Shown here: in pieces, positions 37,771 to 51,015 of the stretch
How positions within the stretch are numbered: position 1 is the first letter of the stretch
Layout of the letters: every line of letters begins with the position of its first letter
Assembly (NCBI GenBank): GCA_000934665.2
Contig: KZ538040.1
Span: 1 to 64,000 of the forward strand
Source: Catajapyx aquilonaris
Taxonomy: Eukaryota
Length of the DNA: 64,000 nucleotides
Reading direction: 5' to 3'
Made by a program: the position numbers and the translations under genes
The notes under the pieces: model-generated
Database searches by the model: none
Told to the model about the DNA's origin: nothing
What the model saw: only the letters and a program-made list of their open reading frames with translations

Positions 37771-40639
37771 CATTACTTAATTGCCATATTTAGAGCTTAG
37801 GGATTGATCAACTCTTAAATTAAAAGTATATAAGCTAGAAAAATCAGCCATTGTTGACATCATGGCATCATTAAAAGTGTCGAATGCCATTGTTGCCATG
37901 GACAAACAAACGTATGCTTATGTGTGCATGTCAGAAGCTTTCATGACCTAATCGTCATATTTAGATCTTAGAGATTGATCAACTTTTAAATTAAGTAACT
38001 CCAATGCCAAAATTCCTGAATTCTCTCACGTGCCTCTTATTTTTTTTTTTTTTTTGCATATTTTGTTTATGTACAGTATCTTGACGACTTCCTGTATTTG
38101 ACTCGACTTCTTTCCATGCCAATATCTTGGCCGCCTGAGAATATTATTTTTGGAGAGAACATGCCTTGTGTCAAGTTCCACACTGTCGACATTTGGGGGC
38201 TGCCCGTCAGCCCTCCAAAAAAGAAATGAGGTGCTCGTTGCAAAATAATGTGAGGGAAGTTCCTGCTGTCGAATCTTAGCAACTTTTCCTCCCCTTCGAG
38301 GGAATTCCTAAGAGACAAAGGAAAAAATGTAGGGGTGATAATTCGGGGGCTGGTTTTTTTTGGGGGGGGGGGAGGTAACCATTCGCATATGTAGGAAAAT
38401 GCTTCCAGTGTCAACAGAGACTTTTGGGGAGAGATGCAAATTTTTTGAGAGGGGGGGAGGGGAAAGGGTGGGTTAATCAGGCGATGCAATTAGTGCGTCA
38501 TGTTGGTGAGTCGTTATCAAGCGGGCGGGCGAAAGGCCAACCAATCAATCTGGGCTGGGCATAGGTGGTCAACGACCAACGTTTTTGGTTCAGAGCAGCA
38601 GCCCTCTTTGCCATCCGGACATTGCAGAGAGAGGGAGGGAGGGGGGGATGGGATGGGAGGGAGGGAAATAATGTCATTCAGTTGACAAAGTGCAATTGCG
38701 CAAACCATGCTGGGAAAATATTGGCCTAGCTTACCGGAGTGTGCTCGCAGTAAATAATTTGCTAATGCGTCAAATGGGGCGTCGAACGAGGAAAGGTCTC
38801 CCTCGCTGTCACACAAGCGCTATTTTTGTCGTCATATATTAAAAAAAAAATTAAATTGGGGTTAAATTAGAGTGACACAATTTGAGGACAATTAAGGCAG
38901 AAAATTACACCACTTTTATTAACCACAGCAAACGTTAGGTATTCCTGTTTATATTGGACACTTGCTGTTCTGAATAGTGTCCAACATATCAGGGTGTCCA
39001 ACTTCACAGGTTTTACTGTACATTTTTAAAAAATGTGTGACAAACGTTTCGATGCTTCTATCACCATAAGTACTCGCGCAATGTGTGCCTTATTTTCATT
39101 ACATTCACCTTGTCTGAGTGCTGTCGTTTTATACTGTAATGATATGATGTGGGTTTTGTCAGTTGCACATACCAGGCACACACTCTACGGATTTTACTGC
39201 AGATCAGAGGATTTGACAAAGTGAGCCGGATTTTGATGAAGGATAAACCGGATTTGTAATTATGTTAATTACTCTTCGCAATTGTGGACGGAAAGTGCGA
39301 ATTTTAGCCTGTTGCTTAACAGCATTTAAATTGGTATGTTTTTAAAAGCGCATATTTGGTTGTACGATGTCGAGGTTGCCACATTTGGGTCTGATTCATA
39401 CCGCTCGAGGAATCGATTGTTCGCAGATTTTCCTGATTTCATTGAGTGCATTTGGCGAATATAAACCGTAGTACTGGGGAAAGAATCGAGTTAATAAAAA
39501 GACCCCATTTCGTACTGGAGTAATGTTTTCGCAGATTTTCGCCCCCCCCCCCCTTTCCAGCTTCTCAGAGAGAGCCTATAAAATATTCCGGCTGCGCTTG
39601 GGCTTCATAGCCCTAAAGCAACTTTCCAGACTTGATCAACCACTTTGATAGAGCGCTTGGAAATTACAAAGCAATATTTACGATCAGTCAACGGCCCACT
39701 TTTTTTTCTCCCCCTCCTCTCTACTTCTTCTTCTTCTTTTCCTTCATTTTATTATTTGTGACGAGCACTCCTTCTATACCATGGCAATATTACGTCGCTA
39801 GAAAACTTGCAGAATCTCATTTCATTCTATACCGAAGCAATCAAAGCCGCTCGCCAAACGGGATGAAATTTCCTTCTAGCCGAGTTCTTTCCTTGTACTT
39901 CGCAGTCACATTAAGCGTGAAATTACGTCGGTTATGTACAATGCCAGTCCTTCGATTTTGAAGAGAAAAGAGAAGAAAAAGATGAAGAAAAAGAAGAGGG
40001 TTATAAGAAAATGGTGGGAATTCTCTTTTGGTCTGTGTGATGCGATTAGCATTGGGAAAAGAGAAGAAGAAAAAAAAAAGTGAATGCAGAAGATGGAATT
40101 ATTGTCTCGAGGACCGAAATCAGAATGAAGGAAACAGTCCAATATCAAGACATGGATGGCTATAACTTTGGTTCTTGAAATTTCGTAATTAAATTTTCTG
40201 ATGGATTTTTTTTTTTTTTTTTGGAGTGGAGAAAAGGATTTTGGTTTTTGGAAAGGCTTTGTAACCAAAAATGATGAATGCGTCCCATCTCCTTTTTGCG
40301 TGGGAAAGATTACCTGGGATACCATCAAAGAGCGAAAGTTTTTGTTTTTAATGCCCGTGAAAATTTTCACCAAAAAAGCTGGGAGCACTTAATTAAATAT
40401 GTAAACTCGAGCCTAATAAATGAGGACGGTATAAAGTAAGAGGATGTTACGGGGGCCATATTGAAAACTTAAAGGCGGGTCTCTTTATGATTAAGTATGA
40501 GGCACTGCTTCATTATTTATACTTACTTAAGCTTTGCTTGTGCAGGTGTGCAAAAAGTGCTGCATGATTACGTTTAATACTAGTACTAAATAAATTATGA
40601 TGTTTGTTAAAGGTCTTCATGTTATTTTTACAAACGGTA

Positions 40640-40760
40640 AAGATTATCTGTATGTTTGTATGTCCGGGCTACCTAACCTACTTTCATATTACTGCTGATT
40701 GAGGAAGAAGTCCGAAAATCGCACTTTTTAAAGCAGTCTAAACACCCCCAAATTTAGGAA
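40640..40760 (+). mobile_element. Family B Helitron fragment
   Basis: 'tgtatgtttgtatgtccgggctacctaacctacttt..aagtccgaaaatcgcacttttt..gtctaaacacccccaaattt' matches family B copies (13311, 25520, 35986). Confidence 0.65.
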
Positions 40761-41754
40761 ATATTTATTCTGGAGGATTGCTTCTTGTGTATTCGTTGAA
40801 ACTTCACATATTTCGTTACATTTTCGTACATGGTTTGTAGTAAACAAAGTTTGCTCCCGGAAAAAGCAGCCTAATAACATTGTAAACAACACTCAAGCAA
40901 AAAAAAAGAGCACCGTTATCAGCTTCCAGGAATCTTCCCCTCCAACTTTTTTTTTTCTTTCAGCCGAGCCCAGAACAGTAGTAATCCTCCAAGGCTCATT
41001 TACCAGGCGACTCTGGTGTCCATATAGGAACGGAAAGAAGAGAAGAAAAAGCGCTCCCTTTCCTTTGAGTATAAGATCTTGACTTTGTCTTCTATATATG
41101 ACTCTTGGCCCCCAGAAGGTCCCGCCATGAATGTCTGCAGATAGAATTAGTATCTAGCTATCTTTCTCGCAGGTCTGCCCCGTACAAAATGGCTCTATTT
41201 GTTCCGGGAAAGGAAATAGCAGGGAGCAATAACTCTGCCCCAGCAGAAGGGGGAAGAATCCCTGATAAGAAAAAAGGGAAGGCATGCAAGTCTTTCCCTC
41301 CCTCCCCAATGACAAAAATCGCAGATAACCCCTCCGACATCCAACAAGTATTTACAGGGAAGGACTGCTTGCTCCCTGTTATTCCCTCAGGAAAGCAAGA
41401 TGAAGAGAGAGAAAAAAAGGTCGATTAATGCGATTCCAAAGCGCTCTCGGCTGCCACTTTGCAAATACGAGTTTGATGGCAGCCTAGACAAGGGATGATT
41501 CGTCTCCTTCCGGGTGTCTCCAGGATAATCAAATTAAACACTTGTCGGCGAGGACTCCTTCGTCTGTGATGAATGAATCAAACGGTCCAAGTTATTGCCG
41601 CCCATTTTCAAGCGAGTGAGGGAGAAAGCGGTGGGGAAATTGTTCAAACAGAATTTAACCACCTTTTGAGAGGGATAATACAGAGTCTTTATAGTTCTGC
41701 AGCTAGGCACGTGTCTAGGGTTTTCACGAAAAATGTATAGGACCAACTGAAGCC

Positions 41755-41819
41755 TATATAAGGATTGAAACGCCATAATGTTGAACGGCTAAACATTATG
41801 GCGTTTCAATCCTTATATA
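41755..41819. repeat. Perfect 28-bp inverted repeat with 9-nt loop
   Basis: TATATAAGGATTGAAACGCCATAATGTT-gaacggcta-AACATTATGGCGTTTCAATCCTTATATA. Confidence 0.95.
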
Positions 41820-41854
41820 TCCATCATTCAAGATGTTTAAAACTGTAGATAAAT

Positions 41855-42372
41855 TTTTTTAAACCGAGTGCGCACCCACACTCGCGCAGTAGTGATAGTC
41901 ATGTCCAGAATTGAAGATAGGTTTTTCCATTTTTGTACAAGTTGGCGTAGCTTACGTGACAGAAAATGAAATATTTTATGCGACAGATTTTATCTCATTA
42001 TTTTCTATGTGAAATATTTGGAAAGTAAATAATAGGTTGTGGCATGGTGACCCCGCACCATGCCACAAGGTGCAGATTTTTCATAGGATATTCCGGATAT
42101 TTCTTAAAAAATGGGGAAACCACATTTTCCTCGTTACAAACCGGAAAAACGAGCCCCCCCCCCCCCCGGCCTTTACAACACTACTCCAGGGCCTTGGCAA
42201 CGTCGCATATGTCGGCCATTTTGTTCCCTCTCTCCAAGCGTAGCGTTGGAAATAAGTGCAGCACTTGTTTATCAGTGCATCCCCCTCTACACAAACCTCA
42301 CCAGATAACATTGATAATGCCAACAGTGCAAGCTGCGCGAACTGTGTGCGCACTCGGTTTCGCGCTTTAAAA
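41855..42372 (-). mobile_element. Family C TIR element, longer copy in reverse orientation
   Basis: Ends AACCGAGTGCGCACCCACACTCGCGCAG and CTGCGCGAACTGTGTGCGCACTCGGTT. The core at 42192-42260 is the reverse complement of the core at 16738-16802. Confidence 0.75.
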
Positions 42373-42485
42373 ATATTCAGCTATAACAATCTATAAACTA
42401 TTCATCTATCTTATCCATAATCTACATATATTCATCTTCGTTATTTGCTCATAAAAATATTTCAACAAATTATAGGCCCTACAAA

Positions 42486-42592
42486 AAAATAATTCAGGCA
42501 TATCTAAAGGCGGGGCTAGTTCAAATAGTTCATGAAGAATTGAGCTGTAAATTTTTGAACTATTTGAACTGGCCTTCAGATATGTCTGAATT

Positions 42593-42623
<31 letters not shown>
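42486..42623. repeat. Imperfect ~45-bp inverted repeat (probable MITE relic) followed by a (TG)n microsatellite
   Basis: AAAATAATTCAGGCATATCTAAAGGC..CTAGTTCAAATAGTTCA pairs with TGAACTATTTGAACTGGCCTTCAGATATGTCTGAATTATTTT. (TG)~13 at 42597-42623. Confidence 0.75.
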
Positions 42624-44759
42624 ATTTTAAAATACAGTATTAAACAAATGATGAACTAGCACAACTAAAAATGCAACTTTTGTGTAAGTGTCCTACATAT
42701 AGGACCCTGCGTATTTCTGGGTTAATGAGCAATTAGTTAGCCCGGCGTTATTACCAACTCCAAAAAAAAAGGTGTCACGTTGTTTGATAACCTTTGTCCG
42801 AACTTGGGGGCTAAAAAGAGTAACAGGGTCAGGTCACATGAATGGTAGTATATATCGTGAGGCAAACGCCCACACAGGGGACTTTTTATCGGCATCACGA
42901 GAGAGGGCCACTCCAGGTCTAAATTTACACAAGGTCCAGCACTTTTTTTAAAGTATAGGATGGACTCCGCGGGTGGTCGTGCAATCTACTGCACGCACTT
43001 ATTTTAAATATTTTCAGACCTAGTGGGTGTGGGTGCTGCCCCTCACTTCTCTCTCTGAGAGCACCCCCCATCGTGTCTGTAACTCTTTTTGCGGAGCATC
43101 TGCTATCTGACCTGGAACCCTTTTTAATGTCACGAGTTTTACAGCTTGATCGTTTTTTAAAAAGGGGTGAGCATGGTAAATTTTGTGGCAAAAAAAAGAA
43201 GATAAAACCCATGGCTCGGGAAGTAGGCGAAGATGTTTACACGTGTGAGAGTGCCTATTCTGCACGCTACACTGTGTTCAAATGATAAGAAGAATAAAAC
43301 AGAGAAAGATTTAGATAAACTACGTACATCATTTTATTCCTCGATTTTATATTTTTCATTTGATTAATTTAAAAATATATATATTTAGATTTTAATGGTA
43401 TTATTTATGTATTTGTTTGTTTGTTTGGTTCTCTTTTATTAGCCTGCCATCATTTGGTTGATTCAACCGCAAGTTGTTGTTGATGTAAAATAATGATCAC
43501 CAATATAGACTGGCAATGGCAACCAAATAGTGGACCAGGTCCACAACGGGTCCATTTTCCTCGGGGTTGGTAAAATGACTCTAATAGGCTCTCAATAGGC
43601 ATTCATCACGTATAAACCGAATGACACGCACAATGCGAATCGAGCGTGTCGTGAATATTTCACATTTATTTATTTTATAACTTAAAGCTCGCAGGAGGTA
43701 CAAACGTCTGCAAAAAGGAGGTCAATAGTGCACATTTTAGTGACTAACCGTTCCTTTTTTCAGATCATAAAAAAAGAATCCCAAACTTTTATAGCTGAAG
43801 TCCACGAGTGAAAAGAAAGTGCTGCCTTTTGTTCCGGCTCCCAACTTTTCTGTGCCCTCCAGATAAATTTTTATTCAGTTTAGAAACTAGTCCGGATTTT
43901 TTTTTTCTTCTTCTTCCCCCACTCCTCTTTATCCCCCGGAGTCTTTACCTTTCTTTCTCCGGGGCTCCTAAACCTCGATTTTCATCATGCCGGTCAATGT
44001 GTTCCAGAGTCTTTTCGCACTTGGCCATTTCGGAAGACAATGAGGCTCCTAACCTTATCTTTTGCTCCTCTTTGTGGCAGCAGCCAAAAAAGAACCAGAA
44101 AAAAACTGTGAAGAAGGAGGGGGGGAACGTTGAATGGATTTAAGATGACCTCAAGATCTTCAGAGAGGATCTAAATTGCGGTTCATCTGCATTTGTAGAA
44201 AAAGGATTTTCATTTTTTTTTCTCTTTTCGTATATACGGGGTTGAAAGTGTCCTGTGAATCTCTTTTGTGGGATCAAAAGCACGGGCCAATGAGGGTCTC
44301 CAGTTCACATTTACAGTCCCCCAAATTGCTGTGGAGACGTTTCATTGCGAAATTTTCGGCGGGGATTTGCATAATGAGAACGGGCTGCAAAAATGGCGAG
44401 GGCCTATGGGTTGCATTGCGGTACGGAAAAGAGGATCAAACAAGGTCGCATTTTTTTGTGGTTGGGTGGGTGGGTGGGGGAGGCATTTTGCGTGCAAATC
44501 AGGACGATATTTTGGCGAAAAGTTTGGCAGATATTCACTGATGTAGTTGCAAGGATCCAGTATTATACTGACTCGTATGTATGAGACGGTAAAAGTGCGC
44601 CACTCCATCTTTTAGTCGAAAATTATTAACTCTTGATATACAAAATATTTGCATATAGTTGTACATGATCTTTTAACAGATTTACATTTAATTTTTTGTG
44701 TGTTTGTCTCTAATGAGGTTACCGATTCATCAACTAGTTAAAATGGCATATTTTGCACT

Positions 44760-45250
44760 ATAGTATTTAATATTATTTCACATCATTATTTTATTATTTG
44801 TATGATTGCTATTATGATTTTTGTTTATTATTTTATCGTGCTTATCTTTTGTTTATTTATTGTTTATTTTATTCATTGTGTTATTTTCATATTATGATGT
44901 TGTTTACTATTTAATGCATTTTATTTTGTTTATTAATTTTTGTACATTTTGTATAATTTACTTGTCATAATATATTTACTATGTACTGAATTTTATTTTT
45001 ATTTATTTTTATAACTTGTGTATAATTTACTTGTCATAATTTATTTACTGTTTAATGCATTTTATTTTGTTTGTTAATTTTTATAAATTTTATATAATTT
45101 ACTTGTCGTAATTTATTTAATATCATTTATCATATCTATTACTTTTGGTGTTTTATAATTCATAATCGCGATATATTTTATTGTATTGTTTATTGTTATT
45201 TGTTACTATTTTAAATGATATTTTATTTATAATAAATTTATACCTTTCAA
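44760..45250. repeat. T-rich low-complexity tract with internal duplications
   Basis: TATAATTTACTTGTCATAAT..ATTTACT recurs about three times. Confidence 0.85.
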
Positions 45251-47895
45251 TTTATTCCCAATTTTGCAATTTTTTCAACTAAAATCGTGAAATCATGATG
45301 CAAAACAAATTTTTCGGGCAATGCTAGATTTTGACTGATTTTTGGTTGATCAACCGAAAATTACATTATGCAGTAATATATTTAACTGTGAAGTCTCTTC
45401 ATATCTCTTGCAATCTCTGCAATCTCTTGCAATATAATGGATGATGAGGATACACCATTTTATGACATCTTACACTGAGGGCATACTACAAATGGTGCGT
45501 GTCATTTACTGCGGTCGTCTGTTGCAAACCATTGGTGCATCGACCCACATTATGGCGAATAATATTACTACTCGATCAACTGGGTGGCATTTGAACATGT
45601 TTTTGCAGCAATCATCGTCGGACAAGCTGGGCCGTCAATTGGCACATTTTGTAAAATTCGGTCGGGGGCCATTCAGGCCTAACCAGGGATGAAAAAGCAC
45701 GCTAGGGGTTAGGCTAATGGACAGTTAATGTCCCTTGCACCGACTCAATTTGGCTTCATAACCCATGTTTTTTTAAAAAAAGATAACCCATTTTCCGGAT
45801 CCGGGATCAGAAAATTGTTGTTGCGTTTTTTTTCATATTTGGAGTGTGGCTGGTGTGTTTACAAACTGGGGGCTTGGAAACTGTTATCCCTGCTAATATT
45901 GCGTGTTCCCCGGGAAATGAAATTGAGCAGGTGTAATCCCCACCCACCATAAGGTTATTGTAAAATGATTAATTAAAATTATAACCCCACCTACCCAGCC
46001 ATTATTCGCGCTACGTTATCGATACCGTAATTGTAAATGGAATTTATTGTGTACATGATTACCAACGCTCCGCGACGAATTAATTGGAAGGCTATTAAAG
46101 CCATCGGTGCGCCAGATATTCAATTACACTCACAACCTGACCCTTATTCTGATCCGTGAATTTTTTTGAAGCTCAAACCGACCATTGTTGTCCGAACGGT
46201 TTTTCCCACCTTATTGATGCTTGGTGGTATGATAACGCAGTGGTCACCGCTGGCTACCCCATTATGGGAATTAATCCGTGGTGCAATGTATGTAACTATA
46301 TTTAATGGTTCCACTTGAAAGAATAATTTTAATCTGAATATTTGCCAGAAAGGGCGCGATAATTTCCAATTTTACAGTATGTATTGCATATTTTAACTAG
46401 CTGTAATGAGATCGGCCATTGTACTATGCTGGCTGCATAATGTGCCAACTATTTCAATGGTCTAACATGACTCCATATATAGATCAATTTAATTAAATGT
46501 TAGTTTTGGCGAATAATATGTGGCCTGTTGTACCTGTATATGAACGCAAATTATGGAGCAAATCTTTGTCAAATTACATATTGTCAGTGTATCTATTCGC
46601 TTTAGAACAACTGGCCCTAAATATAGGACATGTTACTATTTATTTACTATTTATTTATTCACTGTACTTATTTATTTACGTATTTATTTGCTATATTTAC
46701 TGTATTTTTGTAAGAAAGTGAGCATAAAATACCGGTATTTATTTATTTACTCTTCGCCCTTTACCATCTTTAAGTTTACCCGAGTTTACACTACAACTTT
46801 ACAATATTTTTGCAAATACATTGTGCTACATTTAAAAATCATAATTCATTGTGCTCCACACATACGTAGTAGAGAGTAAAATATCACACTATTACTGTAG
46901 TAGCCATACACGAGCATTGCAAAAAAATATATATTTAAATATATATTTTTTGCGAAGCTCGTTTTCGATTTCGATCCTGTGTTTGGATAAAAATAATATT
47001 GTTCTGGCCAAGTGTTGTGTAACGCCCTCCAAAAAATGGTGTTGGGTTACTCTGTGGGGCCATGCCGTTCATAAAAGAGCAATGGTCTTCATTTTCTTTA
47101 GGACCCCTCTTTGCTCTTCCCAATTTTTGTGTCGGCCTCACAGGCCTACCTGATAGAGCACGCTGCCTCCCATTATTTGGGAGGGGGGGAGCCCTTCCTT
47201 TTCTGTTGTGTTGGGCCCGCCACTGGAGGGTTTGGAGCGTGGGAAGAAGCGCAGTGCAAAGTAGGTCCCCATCACATTCGGGGTTTGTTGTCGGTTGAAA
47301 AGGAAGGTCCCTCCATTTGCGCAGGTGAACAAGAGGGGGCAAGAGGGGGGTGTAACCTGACCCCCTCGCTAGCGGTTTTGGGTCCTCACTCCCCCCACTC
47401 ACCCCTCCTGTGCTCCCAAACTTTCGTCTTAGGTTGGGTGTTTGGTTTCAGCAAGATGCAATGGGGGTTCAGGCGCAGGGGGCCTAGAGACTAAACAGTG
47501 TCGGAATTTAGGAGTTGCCTGATAGATTTGTAGGGAGAGGAGTACGATTTCCAGCTGACTTTGCCTAATGAGGAAAAGTGTTTTAAACGCGACACCTGTG
47601 AAATGTTGGTGTGGGGTAAGGGGTATATAGGTAGAGGGGGAGGTGTCGACAGAATTTGCGGGATTCCTTGGAACGCCCCGGATTTCGGATGAGAAATTCC
47701 GCGGCACAAGCAAAGTTCTCAATTCCAAAAACAAAAATTCGGTAATAGACAAGTTTCCGCGGAATTCATAGTCCTAACGACAACGTTTGTTGTATTGTTT
47801 ATTTATTTATTTGATAATTTAATTTAAATTTATATTCCTTTAACTTATACATTTTGATTGGCGATTAATTTGTATTTATATTATTCATATATATA

Positions 47896-48228
47896 CAGGG
47901 TGTTTCAACTTTTTTGTCCGAACAGTTATCGGATAATTGCACGTAGCTGCTACTTTGTAAGCAGTGACTTGCAAACGGTGATTTTCGGAGGAACGGGGGA
48001 ATTATTCCCTGCGAATCGTAGGTTGAAGTGGGATACGAGCTGTCCGCTGAAAATTGAGGGTCAATCCTGGAAAAAAGAGGGTCACACATGCCATAGGATA
48101 TGTGAGACCCTCTTTTCCCCCATTCCCCATTCCTCCGACAAATCACCGGTTGCAAGTCACTGCTTACAAAGTAGCAGCTACGTGCAATTTTACGCTAACT
48201 GTTCGGACAAAAAAGTTGAAACACCCTA
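47896..48228. mobile_element. Tc1/mariner-type MITE (333 bp) with ~100-bp TIRs
   Basis: TA|CAGGGTGTTTCAACTTTTTTGTCCGAACAGTTA..GCACGTAGCTGCTACTTTGTAAGCAGTGACTTGCAA is mirrored at 48125-48228. The right terminus/TSD is slightly mutated. Confidence 0.88.
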
Positions 48229-49429
48229 TCCATTTATATGTATTTATTCTTGGTTATTAAATTAGATTCATTAACAATTTAATTTATGTTTATGTCGCGG
48301 TTTGTGTTTATTCATACAGTATTTTTATTTATTTACCCGTTATTTATTTATTTAACTATCTGGTGATCATACACTTGGTTTTATTAGGGAGGCACGCACT
48401 TTACTTGACATTGCCTACATTATTTTTATATAAACAATACAAAGTATAGTGATGTATCAAAGGAAATGAAGAGAAGTAATCGACAATATAATTTTTATGA
48501 CAAATAAACACGTACGTCTTGTTGTATTTTAACGACCAGATTAAATCAGCCGTTTAAATTTTAAATGGTTAAAACCGGCCCTTAGGCGAGCTCTGTTGGG
48601 CAAGTCAGGAACAGATGTAGGCTACAGTACTTGTAACTTATTATTCCCTCGAGCGTAATGAAACTTGCGTAACGCTTGACTGGACAAAAACTGACTCCTG
48701 AGTTGGCATAATCGGCAAAAATTGGTCCCAGTTTTCCCATAAAAACCTTTAAAATTCTCCGGAGATGACGCAGGGTTCCCAACGAATCCGTCATGAAAAT
48801 GTGCATAGAATACTAATAATTGCTACAATGGTTTTAGGCCACTTGCAATTTCAGAAGCGTACTAAAATTATGAATTGCCTCACTGGCAGTGGTGCCAACT
48901 TTCTCTCGCAGAAGGCCTGCAACTATATATATTTCTTATACATCTGGAATTGATGCCGACTTTTCCTGCCATTGCGTCGATATACTTATACGATTCAATC
49001 TTATTCGAGTTCCCCGGATTTCGACACAGCGACATGAGGACCATCCAAGTTTACCCTGCACGCAGGGGGTCGTCCCTCGGGTCATTACCGTTTCCCTTTG
49101 ACGTTACACGGCAGCAACCGGACCGACCAACCCAGAGATTTTTGGTTTTTTTGAAACCCGCCCCAGCCAGCCCCAGCAGTCCCATGCACAAACCCAGGCA
49201 GATTTCTGTATGAAAGACGCGAGCAGCCACGTGTGGTGACAGCCAACTGATGGCAGGCCATACTTACTTGGAATCACCAAGGAGGAAAAACAGTCAGGTC
49301 AGCCCGGTTAAATCCGAGGTTAACGGATAAATTGGCGGTTAGTTAGCCCCGACAGCAGGATCAATCTGAACTTTCCGTCCAGGCACATTCACCGCTGCAA
49401 AACATCATGTTAGACCTATACACATACAG

Positions 49430-49687
49430 CAGTGGCGTAGGCAGGAAATTTTTTCGGGGGGGGGGGGGGCCATGGCCGATCGGTCCGTTTCATAATATTG
49501 TAACCTATTGTAAGACTTTTTTTGACGTATCATAACAGTATTCGAGTCGGAGAGGGGAGGGGGAGGATTTCATAAACCGCGAAAATTTTCCTTACTGTTA
49601 CATAATGTAATGCATTTATTGATTTTTCTTAACATTTCGGGGGGGGGGGGGCGGCCCCCCCGCCCCCCCCCCCTGCCTACGCCACTG
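49430..49687. mobile_element. Non-autonomous DNA transposon (258 bp), perfect 16-bp TIRs, 7-bp TSD
   Basis: CAGTGGCGTAGGCAGG...CCTGCCTACGCCACTG, flanked by CATACAG on both sides (49423-49429, 49688-49694). Subterminal G/C runs. Confidence 0.9.
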
Positions 49688-49749
49688 CATACAGGGTGGT
49701 GCGTGCGGTGTGCCCATTGGTTCGCTCCAATCACTGTGCGCAAGATGTC

Positions 49750-50355
49750 ACCCATAAATATAGACACATTATAGTGACGACACCCATAAATATCGATATA
49801 TCAATGCACCCATAAATATCTACATATCAGTGTCGTCCATAAACATCGATAGAGTAATGATATATTATAAATATCGACGTATAGTAGTAAGTAAATCCAT
49901 AAATATCGATATAATAGTGAAATCTGTAAATATCGATATAATAATGAAATATAAATATCGATGTACAGTAATGAAATATATAAATATCGATGTACAGTAA
50001 TGAAATATATAAATATCGATGTACAGTAATGAAATCCATAAATATCTATATAGCAATGCACATGTAAGTATCGATATATCGTAGCCTATGTTGTGTATGA
50101 AATAGCGTTATATCTATGCTGTACATGTAATATCGTTATATCTATGTAATCCATAAATATATCGATATAACGCACTATACATAAATATCGATACATCCGT
50201 ACTCGGAATATCGATATATTGATGCCATTTATAAATATCGATATAGCAATGCACGTCTGTGTATCGATATAGCCATACATTCAGGATGTCATGTCAATAT
50301 ATCGATGTCATCCACAAATATCGTTGTATCAATGCATCTGGGAAGGGAATATCGA
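49750..50355. repeat. Degenerate ~28-bp minisatellite built on ATAAATATCGAT
   Basis: ATAAATATCGATGTACAGTAATGAAATAT x3 nearly exact at ~49951-50037, plus many variants. Confidence 0.9.
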
Positions 50356-50918
50356 TGCTCTTCATTCCTCCCTTGAACCGAGGGAATTGCACAGCTGGCC
50401 AATAATATATGATGACCCTTGTTTTTCTGCCAGTGACTTGCAAGTGACTTTGAAGAAGAGCAAACATTGCTACCAGATGGTGGTAAAAGGCAAACAACTA
50501 GAACCGGAGGAAAGGCCGAAAATTACAGGTCGCGGTGAAACATTTTTGGGGCACCAGACCTGGGCTGGCTGAAAAACAAAAGGAGGCGACTTGAAGTCGT
50601 GGGGTTTCTGGTCCCCATTTCCTCTCTTGCCCCTCAGTGGTCCCTTCGAGATGGGGCATGGAGATAGCCTTGGGCCCCTCGAGGGCTAAAGGGAGGGACA
50701 TCCATCAGATGGAGACAGACCTGCGGACGTCCGCACTCTCTCTTTTGTTTCACCTACCCAACCCCCTCCTGCTTGATCTCAAAAACAACGAAAAAAAGAA
50801 GGACCTCTTGAGACCTGACCTTTTTCAACGTCGCGTGCATGCCTTGTGGGGTTGGTGATGAATAGGATTAAGGGCAGACGACAGGTTTGAAGTTTGAATT
50901 AGCCTTTATCCCTTGTTA

Positions 50919-51015
50919 TCATATAGAATTGAGTATGTGCCCCTGTATGTCCGGGGTGAGTCATCAGGTGCGGGCGTGGCAGTAGTGCGCCATCTATGTG
51001 AGAGATATGGTGCCA
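50919..51015 (+). mobile_element. Family A Helitron-like fragment
   Basis: A^TCATATAGAATTGAGTATGTGCCCCTGTATGTCCGGGGTGAGTCATCAG..GTGGCAGTAGTGCGCCATCTATGTGAGAGATATGGT. Confidence 0.7.
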
